A stretch of DNA of 64,000 bases. It comes from the human T2T-CHM13v2.0 reference genome, Homo sapiens. The DNA lies in the NCBI RefSeq assembly GCF_009914755.1, contig NC_060930.1. One strand, given 5' to 3'. Shown one piece after another: positions 33,255 to 49,488 of the stretch. Both the position numbers and the translations under genes were made by a program. The notes below the pieces were generated by a model. It worked only from the letters and a program-made list of their open reading frames with translations, was not told where the DNA came from and ran no database searches. Numbering within the stretch: the first letter of the stretch is position 1; each line of letters starts with the position of its first letter.

Positions 33255-34193
33255 GCATCTTACATAACTAGAGCATTTGTCAAAACTAAGAAATTAACAT
33301 TGGTACATTATTATTAATTGAACACTAGACTTCTTTCAGATTTTGCCAGTTTTTTCTTTTTTTCCCCTTATCAGAATGGCCACTCCGTAGGCAGAGCAGC
33401 CCGGTTTTTTCACTAATGTACTTTTTCCAGGTTACCACATTGGATTTAGATGGGGTAGGTTTTTCTATCCGCGTTTGTGTAGAACTTTACAGCTTTACAG
33501 TTCAGTCCTTTCACACACATATGGTAATTTAGATGGAAAATAATCTTAGGCATTGGTCTTATTAGACGCATCTGCTCCATGAAGCTTACGTGTTGGCAGG
33601 GATGCTGCTTTGCATGTGTGAGGCCACAAGAAACTTGGGCATAGAAATCCCATGCGAATTGTCAGTCACTGCTTCTATTTTCCATTATTTGTTCATCTTA
33701 ATTCCCTAAGATGTTTTGCTCTCGCTCTGCTGTCTCGTTCTTTTGCCTGGACCTGAGTGGAAAATTAGGATATGTTGCTGCTGATTTTTAAGTCTAGGAG
33801 AGAAAGTCACCCTCACTGTGAGGAAGAATGTATTCCTATACATCACCCTCCAGGATCTAGGTGTGAGGCATGACCAGTCTTCCAACTTTATTGCCTAGAC
33901 GAGACATGTTGCCTGAATAAACACGTGTCTTACTCTTCAGATAGGTTTGAAAATCTCTGTGGCCTGCTCTCCTGTCTCTGCCCTGCCGTAAGTGGAGACA
34001 GATGGACAAAACTAAGAGATGGAGAGGGCGGGCAGGGAATTAGGCAGAGCAGGCTGCATGTTGAGTGGCTTCATGTCAGGTGCGCTACCTGGTCAAAAGA
34101 GCATTAGCAGGGAGGCCTTAGATGCCTCTGGATTTATTATCTTGTGGCTTCTCAGCTTACACCTGTTAATGTTAGTTGACCTGAGCTTTCTCA

Positions 34194-35707
<1,514 letters not shown>

Positions 35708-35809
35708 TCACCCCCACCCTGTGGCCTCCCTCTGCATGGATCCTGTCATGTTTATGGATCCCCCTGCAGGTGTTGCTGGAGGGGGCTTTCTCTTGGCAGT
35801 TGTAGACAC

Positions 35810-36410
35810 TGTTGGGGACCAGAGCATGTACCCTAAATTGATAACCGGCAGACCCTGTCGAGTGCATATCTAATGTTCTTTCTTCCCTTCTTTCTAAGTA
35901 GAATTGGAATTTTGTTTAGAGAGCCTCTTGTCTCCTGTGTGACTCTGGGGAAGGTGATCTTATCCCTAGCACTGGGGTAAATCCTGACTGGTTTCAGCTA
36001 GTCACATGGGTCCCATTCTCCGTAGGTGATGACTGTAGGGGTGAGCCAGAGACCTAGTTCTGGTCAGTGAGATTAGTGGGAGGTCTGTCCAGAGGTTCTG
36101 GAAAACTCAGCCTTACAGCAACAACTCTAGGAATGGTGGCCTTTTCTTCCTCTGAAAGTTGTCATGTCTGGGTGTGGTGCCTGGAACTGTTACAATTGTT
36201 TTGCTACTGGTCTGAGCATGAAGCCAACATCAGGTTAAGGACTGAGCCAAGCCAACAGCAGAGAGAACTCTGCAGAGCCCCAGTGCACCATGCTTGGCAC
36301 CCACTAACCTTGGACTTGTTCTGTGAAATAAATTTTCTTATTGTTTACACCAATTTAAGTTAGGATTATCTGTTATTTGCAACCGAAGATGTGCTAACTG
36401 ATGCAATAGC
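35810..36410 (+). mobile_element. Old MLT1-type LTR
   Basis: 'gacctagttctggtcagtgagat' and 'aataaattttcttattgtttacaccaatt...tctgttatttgcaaccgaaga...ctaactgatgca'. Confidence 0.6.
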
Positions 36411-39400
36411 TGTCATTCTTTCCCTCATTGCATGAAGAAGTACAGGGTATAAAGGCAGAATTGATCTAGTCAGAAGGTCAGAGGTGGCTTCCCTGGGGAA
36501 ATGCAGAGGCCTTGGTGGGAGAGATCCCTTTTCTTGCTGGGCCTCGTGTGTCACATTTAAGGATTTTGGTCTTTATCGCAAGAGCAGAGCCTGTTATAGG
36601 TTTAAGTACTGGGCTATGGCATGAATGCAGTGAACTCTTACTATTTAAAGTAACTCTCTAGTTACTTAAGCTACTCCTCCTGAAGAACACCTTGGCTTAA
36701 CATTCCAGAGTTGAGTTTGATTTGCTGAGCAGGCAAGGAGCAGTCAGTGGTTAAGGCTTTGGTGATTAGTAGGTGTGTCCAGAAGGCACAGAAGAGCATC
36801 TTTGCTTGGAATCTGATGAAGTGAACAGCCCAGATTGTTTTCTTTTTTTCTTTGCCAGTGCGTGCATGTGTGTATGTGTTTCTGTATGTATGTGTATATA
36901 TAACTTCTGTGTGTGTGTGTATACGTGGTATGTGTACTAACATGTACACACATATACCACACTCACACAGGCAGCTATCATGTTTTCTACTTTAAGGGTA
37001 ACTTGTGAACATCCTGTTGTTCTCTAAGTCTTTGATCACTTCAATAAAAAAGTTGCAGCCGAGAAACCAAGAAACCTGTTGGCGGTTATAAAAACAAGAT
37101 TGGTGGTCTTATTGTAAATAAAATGTTGAGGATGTATTAATATGTCTGAAATTGAACTTTTTAGCATTTCCAAAAGTTTTCCTTTAGATTTGATATAAGA
37201 TCTGCTCTCACTCTTATACATATGGATATATTAGCAAAACTGGATTACAGCCCAGTGTAATCAGGCAGGGAACCTGTCTGAACCATATAGTGGAACTGCA
37301 ATGAAAAGCTACAGTATTCTTGTAATTATATTAGGACGTGATGTCGTCCCTCCCTATGTTTATTAATTAGTGGAGTTGTAATGAGACTTCCCCCCTATGC
37401 TTTTAAGGATGCTGATCAGTGGGTATCCAGGCAGGATTTTAGTTGTGTTTGGGAGCCTTCTGTGTAAAGGTGGGAGGGATTGGTGTTTCAGGTGGCAGCA
37501 GGTGAGCCTCCTGCCAAGTTGGCATAATGGGAACAGGACTCTCCTGAGCTGCCATCTGTTTGTGGCTGATAGGAAACCAGCAGTGATTTCTGAGGAGTGA
37601 GGAACTGTTCCATTTATGTTGAAATATTTAGAAATTAGTAATGTTAAGACCGTGCTGATCAGGCTTCGTACCCTGATCTGCAACCAGGTTAGTAGGTTGG
37701 AGAAAATGGACTGTGGAGTGAGTTTTTGTTGTTACTCATTTCAGAAGATGCCTACTTTGTTTGACAACCCCTGCCCCCTCTCCCTCCCAAAAAACAAAAA
37801 GCCAGGACTCTGTTCGTTTCTGCCCACCCAGACTCACCACTCAGGTCAGCCTCAGCTCTGTGCTTAGTTGCCTCAGGCCAGGGAACATGTTATTTATACG
37901 GCTGTCACATGTACACTGCCTGTGGTGTGTTTGCAATGGAGGGAATTCAGTCTGTCTCAAACTCTTATGATGTGTCTTTTTAAAAAAGTGTGGTAAAATA
38001 TACATAACAAAATATATTATTGTAATCATTTTTCAATGTACAGTTCAGGGCCATTAAACAACATTTATATTGTTGTGCAGCCGCCATGGTGTGTCATGTT
38101 TCAACCAGGTGCTTTGATGGACTTTAAAAATAACGGTTGCTTCTTCTGTATGATGAATCATCAGCATGTTTTCTCTAATGTGATGTCCCTTTGGTTTTGC
38201 AGCTTGCATTTACTTCTTTCCTGTAGGAGTTGATTAGGTGAATGGAGGTGCTGTGCCCACATTTCTTCTGGGTTTGATTTGCTGCCCTTGCAGCTGGGGA
38301 AGCTGTACCCTCCATGTATGTTGTCTCTGATGGTATCCTGAAAACTTTACTTTGTCTCCCCCATATTATACTCTCAAAGCAGCGGTACGAAATAGAGAAC
38401 AACTCATTTCCCCTTTAATCTAGCATTAGTTGGTAGGTTGGCTGGAGGAGTTAAGTCTGTGGCCCAAGGGCCTACCAGAAAGTTGCTGTGGAGCGCTGCA
38501 GTGGCCTGGTGTGGAGCTGCAAGTTAGGGTTCTGTGGTCTAAGCCCTGCCACAGGAGCAGGTTCCAAGGGGTGGCTGATCTCTTTTTGGCTCTAGGACTC
38601 TGCTGGGTTCAGTCAACCACCTGTAGGTTTCTATCTTGCCTCTTTCAAAACAATCAGCGGAAAGGACTGTAGAACCCTCTATTAGTCAGGGGATTCTTGG
38701 TTACTGGTGAAAGAGACCTAACTCAACTAACACAAAAAAAGGGAATTCGTTGGAAGGATTCTGGGCTGTCTACGGAATCCAGGTTAGGAGCCAGGGATTG
38801 GGCTAGGATGCTGCATGGATGGGGCCAGGAGGACACTCTTTCTTTCTCTCTTTTGTCTTCTGCCTCTTTTCCAGCTGTCCACTCCCTCAGTGTTTCTGAG
38901 TTATTCCTTTTCTGTCATGGACCAGCAGTCTCTGCTGTTTGGTCCAGGTGGCACAACATGGCTGCCAGCCCCATGTTTTTCATATTATGACCCAGGTGTC
39001 CAGAGAGAGACTATTTTCTTTGTGTTCCAGAATTTCCAGGGAAGAGCTGATGAGTTGGTGTAGAAAATAGTGACTTCCATGGTAATGGTGGGAGGATGGA
39101 AGCCATTAAGGAAGTCGTTGAGGTTCAGCAGAAGGTCCGTCCTTGCTGCAGTTTATAAAAATGTTAGAGACACCACTCCAACAGTTAACAAATAGGAAAG
39201 GACCTGGGCTGTGAAAGCTCTGAAGCCTTGCATTAAAATTTAAAGCAAAACAAAACAATCAAATAAAAAACTAAATTAAAACAAAATGCCGCCATCACCA
39301 GTGCTAACAAAAAATCCTTCAAGATTGAAAATTTGAACCTGCTGAACAAATTCGGAAGCTGCTTTTTGTAAAATCAAAGTTCTGTTTTAGTAAAATAAAT

Positions 39401-39524
39401 TATAGCTTATTTTCACGTCAGCATTATTTGAGCTTAGAGAAATTGTGGCCAAAGTTTAACCAAGCAGGGTAGCTTGACATGGGATATATATACCTGAAAA
39501 AACAGGATAAATATAAATATTCTA

Positions 39525-39890
<366 letters not shown>

Positions 39891-40179
39891 TCATTGTATC
39901 TCATCAGGGTCACTGATTCATTGTTAGATCACATACTCCACTGACTTTTGAGGTTATGAAAAATAGCTCTTCCTCTTATGGTTGTTTGGTTATGCACATA
40001 GATATCTTCTGTGATTTTGAGAACTCTATGGAATTCAGTTGGGATTGAATATTCTGTGTGAATTGTGAACCTGTATGCAGTAATCCAAGGTGAATTGAAA
40101 GCATCATTTATTTACTGCAGTTTTGAACCACTATTAACTAAATATCAGAACAGTGGCTAAGAGGTCATAATGCTTTGAC

Positions 40180-40895
40180 ACCAGTGCTCTAACACCAGCT
40201 TGGTGTCACTTCGACTCGGTTCTGACACCAGCCACCTGAACTGAATGTCAGACATGAGTTCTGCAAGGCTGCTCTCATGGCAGATACCAATTGCAAGTCT
40301 TCATGCTACCTGGACTTCTGACCAACTGGCTGTAAATTTGGGGATTCCACCACCTTGTCAGTTTTGATAATTTGCTAAAACAACTCACTAAACTCACAGA
40401 AGATGGTTTTATGATAAAGGATACAACTCAGGAACAGCCAAATGGAAGAGACACATAGGGCAAGACCTGGGAGGGTCCTGGATGCCGAGCTCCCATGCCA
40501 TGGAGTCGGGGCATCACCCTCCTGGCACATCAATGTATTCATCAGCCAGGAAGCTCTTTGAGCTCAGGTGTTTATCGTATCAGGGTCTTATGACATCGTT
40601 GGTCATGTGATTGAGCTCAGTCTCCAGCCCCTCTTCTTCCCAGAGGTCAGGGGTGGGAATGGAAGTTCTGGCCCTCTAATCATATGCTTGGTCTTTCTGG
40701 AATGGCCAGCCCATCCCTTGAAATGCTCTAAGGGCCCACCCTCTGTCACCTCATTAGTGCAGACTCAGATGTGGTCAGAAGTGACTCTTCACAGATAACA
40801 AAAGACACTCCTGTCACCCAGAACATTCTAAGAGTTTTCGGAGTTCTGTGCCAGGAACAAGGGCAAAACCCAGATATATTCTTTCTACCACATCC
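40180..40895 (-). mobile_element. MER21-type LTR
   Basis: 'ttctgaccaactggctgtaaatttgggga...gataatttgcta...aaaggatacaactcaggaacagccaaatggaagaga'. Confidence 0.75.
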
Positions 40896-40954
40896 ATGAT
40901 TTAGATAAAACTTGGGTTCTTGCAGGAAGTTTCTGAGGATATTAAGATGTTCAT

Positions 40955-41174
40955 GACCATCCTGGCTAACACGGTGAAACCCCGTCTCTACTAAAAATAC
41001 AAAAAATTAGCTGGGCGAGGTGGTGGGCGCCTGTAGTCCCAGCTACTCAGGAGGCTGAGGCAGGAGAGTGGCATGAACCCGGGGGGCGGAGCTTGCAGTG
41101 AGCGGAGATCACGCCACTGCACTCCAACCCGGGCAACAGAGCGAGACTCTGTCTCAAAAAAAAAAAAAAAAAAA
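40955..41174 (+). mobile_element. 5'-truncated AluY with TSD
   Basis: Starts at 'gaccatcctggctaacacggtg'; TSD aa(g/a)atgttcat. Confidence 0.88.
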
Positions 41175-41306
41175 ATGTTCATTAGTGTTTAAGCCTTCTG
41201 CATAAGGATGACAGTTGATGCTGAAGGAGATCGCCTAGGCAGAGTGAGGGGAGAAGAGGGATTTAGATAGAGTTCTGAGAAATGCCAGCATTTGAGCAGT
41301 GAGTAG

Positions 41307-41696
<390 letters not shown>

Positions 41697-41711
41697 GAAA
41701 AGTGTATTTCT

Positions 41712-41910
41712 AGATCAGTGCTCTCCAGGAGAATTTTCTGGCATGATAAAAACCATCTATATTGTTGTGCAGTAAGGTAGCTACCAGGCACATGGAGGCT
41801 GTTGAGCAGTTGAAATGCAGCTAAGGCAACTGAGAAACATAATTTATATTTTTGTTTAATTGTACTTAATTTAACCATATGTGGCTAGTGACTACCATTT
41901 TGTACAGTGC
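41712..41910. mobile_element. MER3/MER33-type hAT DNA transposon
   Basis: 'cagtgctctcc...gcacatggaggctgttgagcagttgaaatg...catatgtggctagtgactacc'. Confidence 0.6.
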
Positions 41911-42219
41911 AATTTGATTTGAGGACATGGTCAGTGGGTTAAGAAGCATAAGGGCTACAAGTATACTTTTTCCTTTCAGCCATCACGCTCTAGGGCTGAA
42001 GTTTTAGAGTAGCTTAAGACTGTAGGATATTCCCCGCAGATAACTTAGGTAATTGGGAGCAGTCTCGGAACCTCTTGGGACCTGCTAAATGTCTTGGGCT
42101 TCAAGGGTAAGATCCAATTATTCAAATACTTAATGAACATAAATGTCAAAATGAGACAGTGATTTGATTGATGGAGAGTCTTAAAAAATAAAGGCGAGGG
42201 ATATGAATTTCTTTAACAT

Positions 42220-42700
42220 GCAGGGTTCAGCTGCATGTAACAGAAAACTCAGGCGGCTCATACAAAATGAATGTTGACTGTTCATGTAGCAGTCTGGAGG
42301 CAGGTGGGCGTGGGCTGGTTGCATGGCTCCTGCTGATCAGGGTTCCAGGATTCCTCCGCCTTTCTCTTTCACCATCTTTAGCCTCAGAGTTCCTCACAGT
42401 GCATGATGGCTGCTGGAGCTCAATAATCACACCATGACCAGGCAGGAGGAAAAGAGAGGGTGGGAAGGGCAAAGGACTCATCTTCCAGATGAGCTAGTCC
42501 CCCTTAAAGATCTTTCCTGGAAGCTCCCTCTTCACCTAACAACTTGACTTTCTGTTATGCTTCATCAGCAACAACTACATGTGAGGCGGGGAAATGAGTC
42601 CTTGATCTGGGCATTTTGCTGCCCCAAATAAAACCGGGATTCTGTTGGTGAGGAAGAAAGGGAGACTGGACACTGGGTAGAGGGCTGGCAGTCTCTGCCT
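42220..42700 (-). mobile_element. Old MLT1-type LTR
   Basis: 'ggttcagctgcatgtaacagaaaactca...gatggctgctggagctc...attctgttggtgaggaagaaagggaga'. Confidence 0.6.
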
Positions 42701-44277
42701 TGGTGTGGAAAGGGTGCACCTCCATGCATATGGGAGAAGCACCAGTGCCTTCATTCCCTGACATCGTGTCCCTGAAGGCACCTGCTGTCACAAACACCAC
42801 ACCATCATTCCCACTCAGCCTCCGCAGGTTTCTCTGCAAGCTCCTTTGTAGGTTGGCACAGCTTTGACAACATCCCTTTTGGTTCTCAGAGCTCTTCTGG
42901 AGACTTTAGTTGTGGGCTGCCTGCTCCTTAGGTTCAAGTAACTGGTAACACGCCTACGGTGCTGAGTGCTCCCTGGGAGAGCGTGTGAATCAGAGGTCAG
43001 TTTCAGAGGCACATTCTCAGGGGTCGTATTCTTCACCCAGGCCAATGACCACTGAAGTCTTCCTGCACATTGTTCTTTGCAGGGACAGCTAGCTGCTGGG
43101 CACAATGGGGCACAAACTGGATAAGGCTCCTGCCCATTCAGGAGCTTAGGTCAGTAATTTTCCTAGTTCTTCTGCAAAGAATTGAACTGTTACCCCTCCC
43201 TGCATTCTGTTATCCTTTTCAGTGAGGATTCCGGAAGAGTCTGAGAGAAGGCTGGAAGAAGGCTGGAGGGTGGTGTCATGGGATGCATATGCAGATTCAG
43301 AAGTGGCAGGTGCAGAAGAAGAGCATCCAGGACAAGCAGCTGTCTCTGTGCCACATCATTTGGCACCCTGCGATGTCACCTTGCTTTTCAGGAGTGCAGC
43401 CGGTTGTGGACATTTTGGAATTGTTTTGCTTTTGGAATGGGTGTTGGGGTGAAGCATTCTTCTGCTGGGTTTTCAGATGTAGCTCTAACTAGCCACATCA
43501 CTTCAGCCAAGTCATTTCTCTCTGGGCCTTAGATGTTTCCTCTGTGAGGGAGGGAGTTGCCACATCCACCTAGGATATTGTTAGAGCCTGTGTGGCTAAA
43601 TGATGATCTTTCAAAATCTTTACCCGTCATCATCACTCATAATAATACCATATGTGTGGAGGTTGAGGGCAAGGAAGTAAAACAGATGTGTCTATATCTT
43701 TGTGTCCCTGTGTCTGTGTATGATTGATGTGCCAGACTGAACATCCTACCCGTTTAAATTACCTGTGGTACTTCAGAAACCTGCTGCCAGTTTGTTAGAA
43801 TATTTTTAGGTTGACATAAGATCTTTTGTTTAGCCTTTCAGCAGCTTAGCATTTTTGGATTTAATATCAGGACTTGAACTGTTGAACAGCAACCCCTGAA
43901 AGGCCACGACAGGTTGTTAGTAACTTGACTGAAGCACTAATTACAACTGGGCCTAAGCTGGGAGACTGTCTCCTAAGAACTAGACACTCATGGAGTGAAT
44001 GGCTAAGTGAGCCTAGCCAACTACTTAACGTTTCAACCTCAAGGTGGTTTTATTATCCTCTGCTTAATTTATAAATAGTAACTCCTGAGCTGCTAAAGAC
44101 TTTATTCCTTTGTGAAAAATACTCTAGAGAAGAAAGGCAATTATTAGTGCTATTGATGGAGGTAAATATTCTGAGGGTTATTAGCCAGAAAATAGAAATT
44201 TTGGCTAAATTAATAGGTATTAAATTTGGTAGTGGCTTGGGTCTGTAGTGGAATGAAGCTATCAAAAAGAAAAAACT

Positions 44278-44908
<631 letters not shown>

Positions 44909-46072
44909 TCAGAGGTTTTTACGGGCTCTGAGGTGGTGAGGGCAGTGGCGTGTGTCGTTGCTTAAATGAACTTCAATTTGAAGAAAGATTGCTCTGATAT
45001 TTCTGGGAATTAGTGCCATTTGAGAATTTCGGAATTTATACGTATGTTGGTTTGTCATCTTCACACCAAAATCTACTTTATTTGCACATCAGTCATAAAG
45101 GTGTTTTACCCATTTGGCTTATTTGTGTGTTTAAAATTAAAACTCAAGCCATTTTCCCTCTCCAGAAAATGTGACTTGTGTAGTATGACATCTTACTGGA
45201 GTTGGGGGAAGGCTTGGTGGGCACCTGAATAAACATCGATCTGGGGAAGATGCACCTGGAGGGCTGCCTGGACAAGTCCCTGACGCTACTAGATTGCCTA
45301 CTTTCAAAGGACTAGGAAACATTTTTTCAGCTTTAAAAGATTTAAAAGCTGGTGATATTTCAGAATAGTGCTGAAAGAGCCCTGCTGTTGAATGAACATT
45401 GGGAGCACCGCATGTGGGTTGTGGCAAACCCTTTATCCCATGAGGCCCTCTCTTCTCCATGCCTCTAAGTTCTACAGACCATCAGTGCCGCCCCTGAAAT
45501 GTCCTGTCTTAAATAGAATGCCTTGAACCATACCTCTGCATCAAAAATGTGGAGCCAGGGGAGCTCCAAGGACTGGGGATTCTCTGTGCCTTCAAAATGA
45601 CAAGTTAGAAGTACTAAGGTAAAAGCAGAAAAGCATCTGTGAGGGACTAACTTCAGGTGGTGCCTCTGACAACACAGAGCAGTCAAGTTACTACTGTGCA
45701 TTTAACAGGGCACACCTTTTAGCTCTGAAAGAACCTTAACTTTTTCAGTGCTTCTTTACCAGCACTGTCACCACTGGTCTTTACAGCGTTCTTAAGAAAG
45801 GGCAGAGCAGATAGTCTGTTCACTTGCAGATGGGAAAGCTGACTTTCGGGGAGCTGAGCCCCATGCCAGGTCTCTCAGCCAGGAAATAGCAGGTTAGCCA
45901 GAACCTGTCTTCTGATTCCTGGTCTGATTCTTTTTCCATTTCACTTTCCCCACCCCTCCTTTTTAAAATAAATTTTATTTTATGACAACTTTACTTACTT
46001 GCTTATTTAGAGCTTAACCTTCTCCCACAAAACATTTGAGGTGGCTTAAATGTAGTGACTAAAGAGGAAGTT

Positions 46073-46380
<308 letters not shown>

Positions 46381-46919
46381 TCAAGTAAGGCAAATACTTT
46401 TTTTTTCTTAAGCATTGAGAATGAGGATAAGAAGAAAGCTGTTTCTTTGATTAAACTTAAATCTTACCTGTGTGCCCAGACCTCCCCACCAGTTCTTAGA
46501 TCATTGGACAGCACCCCCAATATTAAGCATGTATAAAACTTTCGTATTTCACTCCAAATTCAGGATGCCATGAATGGAGAAAGGAGTAACACATGAGGGA
46601 GCTTCGTGGTTATAGCCATATTGCCTTTACCTTTTTGGTATTATACTTACTGTATCATATTTTGCTATTTTTGTGTGTTTAAACATGAAAAGTAGTAAAA
46701 TAGTACATTTGTAAAAGGGGGAAAATCACCCCTAGCTTCCACCACTGTTATAACTCTTAAGCATAGCATTCTCTTGAATTCTTTCCTCATAGGCACTTTT
46801 TTCCAAAAAGTTCTAAGCAACATTTTAAACACTGTTGGAAGCTTTTAAAATTTAACATAGCATAAGCATTTTTCATGTTTTAAAGTGGTTTTCATAATTA
46901 TACTTCTTTTTGAAAAATT

Positions 46920-47950
46920 TTTTATTGTGATAAAATTTACTTTTTTTATGGAGACAGGGTCTCACTCTTATCCAGGCCGGAGGGCGGTGATGCAGTCATG
47001 ACTCACTGCAGCCTTGACGTCCCGGGTTCCAGCGAATCTCCTGCCTCAGCCTTCCCAGTAGCTGGGACTACAGGCACGTGCCACCACGCCCAGCTAATTT
47101 TTGTATTTTTTGTAGAGACATGGTTTCACCTTGTTCCCAGGCTGGTTTCGAACTCCTGGGCTCTAGCAATCTGCCCATCTTGGCCTCCCAAAATGCTGGG
47201 ATTATAGGTGTGAGCCACTGTGCCCAGCTAAAATGTACCATTTTAACCATTTTAAAGTATATAGTTGGCTCTACATATCCGCAGGTTCTGCATGTGAGGA
47301 CTAAAAACATTCAAAGAAAAAAAATACAACAAAAATATAGTAGAACAATAGCATTTACGTTGTATTAGGTAATATAAGTAATCTAGAGATGATGTATATG
47401 AGGGATGCATATGGGTTATGTGCAAATAATATGCCATTTTATATGAGAGGCTTGAACATTTAAGGATTTTTTTATCTACATGGGTCCTAGAACCAACCCC
47501 CATCGATACTGAGGGACAACGGTATAATTCAGTGGCATTAAGTACATTCCTGTTGGTGTACAGCCATCATCGCTATCCATCTCCAGAACTTTTGTTCATC
47601 TTCCCAAACTGAAACTCTGTGCCCATCAAACACTTCCCTTTTACCCCTTCCCCAGCCTCTGATAACCACCATTCTATTTCTGTGTCTATAAATTTGACTA
47701 CTCTAGATACCTCATATTAGTGGAATCATAAAATATTTGTCTTTTTATATCTGGCTTATTTCACTTAGCATGATGTTCTGAAGGTTCATCCATGTTGTAG
47801 CATGTGTCAGAATGTCCTTCCCTTTCAAGGCTGAATGATATTTCATTGTATGTCAATACACATTTTGTTAACCCATTCATCTGGTTTTTTTTCTTTCTAT
47901 AATCCAGGACAGTGCTGAAACCCATTCATCTGTTGATGGACACCGGGTAA
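46920..47950 (-). mobile_element. L1MB-type 3' end, interrupted by AluJ (46940-47228) and a MER2-type element (47262-47524)
   Basis: L1MB 3'UTR motifs; 'tattaggtaatataagtaatctagagatga...gatactgagggacaac' with TA flanks. Confidence 0.78.
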
Positions 47951-48643
47951 TTAAACTTTTTGAAGACATAATAGGCCATCAAGTAGATAAATCATACTAG
48001 AAGATGCAATTTTTGCCCTCAAAGAATACTGAAGTTGATATGCCAACATGTCAAACACAGAAGATGAAAGCAACTAAGTGATGTGAGAAGTCAGTGTGGG
48101 TTCATACAGAGTAACCAAAGGAGGTTGTCCTTGCCTTTCATCTAGTTGTTAGACTGAGGGAGGGTAGGACCTGGGAGGATTCCAGAAGAAGGTCTTCAGT
48201 TTGATTTCTGACCCTCCCACTTCTGTTGCTCTGTTAGGCCTCTGTGTACAGTTAGCAGCCATCTCATAGTAAATCTTCCAAATAATTAGGAGGGTCACTG
48301 CTTTGTCAGGACAATTTATACCCTTTCTCAATTAGCAAATTGTGTGGCAATCCAAAGTTAACTGGAGTGTTGCTCCCCTTTTCTATTTTGCTCCCGTGTG
48401 GATGTGGTGCAAGAAGGCCTGCCAAGGTCAGCCTCCCGTTTTCCTCCGTGGGTTGGTATAGACATGTTTGTTGGCCAGACATTGCCTAAAGCCCTGTAGT
48501 CAAGGGTGGTGTGCTTGCATTTGCCTGGCTGAATTAAGGCTCTTGGTGCTTTTCTATCAGTCGAATCCCTTCTCCTCCATGTCTTCTAGAAATTGAGAAG
48601 GGTTTATCAGTGGTACCTCACTCTGTTTTCCACAGGTTTTTAA

Positions 48644-49067
<424 letters not shown>

Positions 49068-49092
49068 TGAATTTATTTTTGTGTACTATTTA

Positions 49093-49335
49093 TTGTCTTA
49101 GTCTGTTTGGCTGCTATAACAAAATACCTTAGACTGGGTAATTTATAAACAATAGAAATGTGTTGCTCACAATCCTGGGAGCTGAGAAGTCCAAGAGCAA
49201 GGCACCAGTGGACTTGTTGTCTGGTGAGGGCTTGCTTAATCACTTCCCAAAGGCCCCACCTCGTAATGCTATTACATTTGGTATTAGGTTCCAACATAGG
49301 AATTTTGGGGGGACACCAACATTTGGATCATAGCA
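49093..49335 (-). mobile_element. MST-type MaLR LTR, internally deleted
   Basis: 'tgtcttagtctgtttggctgctataacaaaatacc...catttggatcatagca'. Confidence 0.75.
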
Positions 49336-49445
49336 ATTACATTTTCCTATTTTACTGAACTCTTAATTGTTCTGATTTCATTCGATTCTGTTGGGTTTTC
49401 CAGATGGAAAATTATATTACTTACAAATCAGGGTGATTTTTGGCT

Positions 49446-49488
49446 CTATTTTTATATGACTTTTTTCTATTTTTATATGACTTTTTTT
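49446..49488. repeat. 21-bp tandem duplication
   Basis: CTATTTTTATATGACTTTTTT x2. Confidence 0.85.

Noticed and set aside
33370-33403. Short 'gaatggccactccgtaggcagagcagcc' LTR-like snippet inside an L1 fragment
   Set aside because: Too short to classify by eye.
43223-43460. Acceptor-like site ccttttcag at 43222 followed by purine-rich sequence
   Set aside because: No convincing downstream donor or homology; too common by chance.
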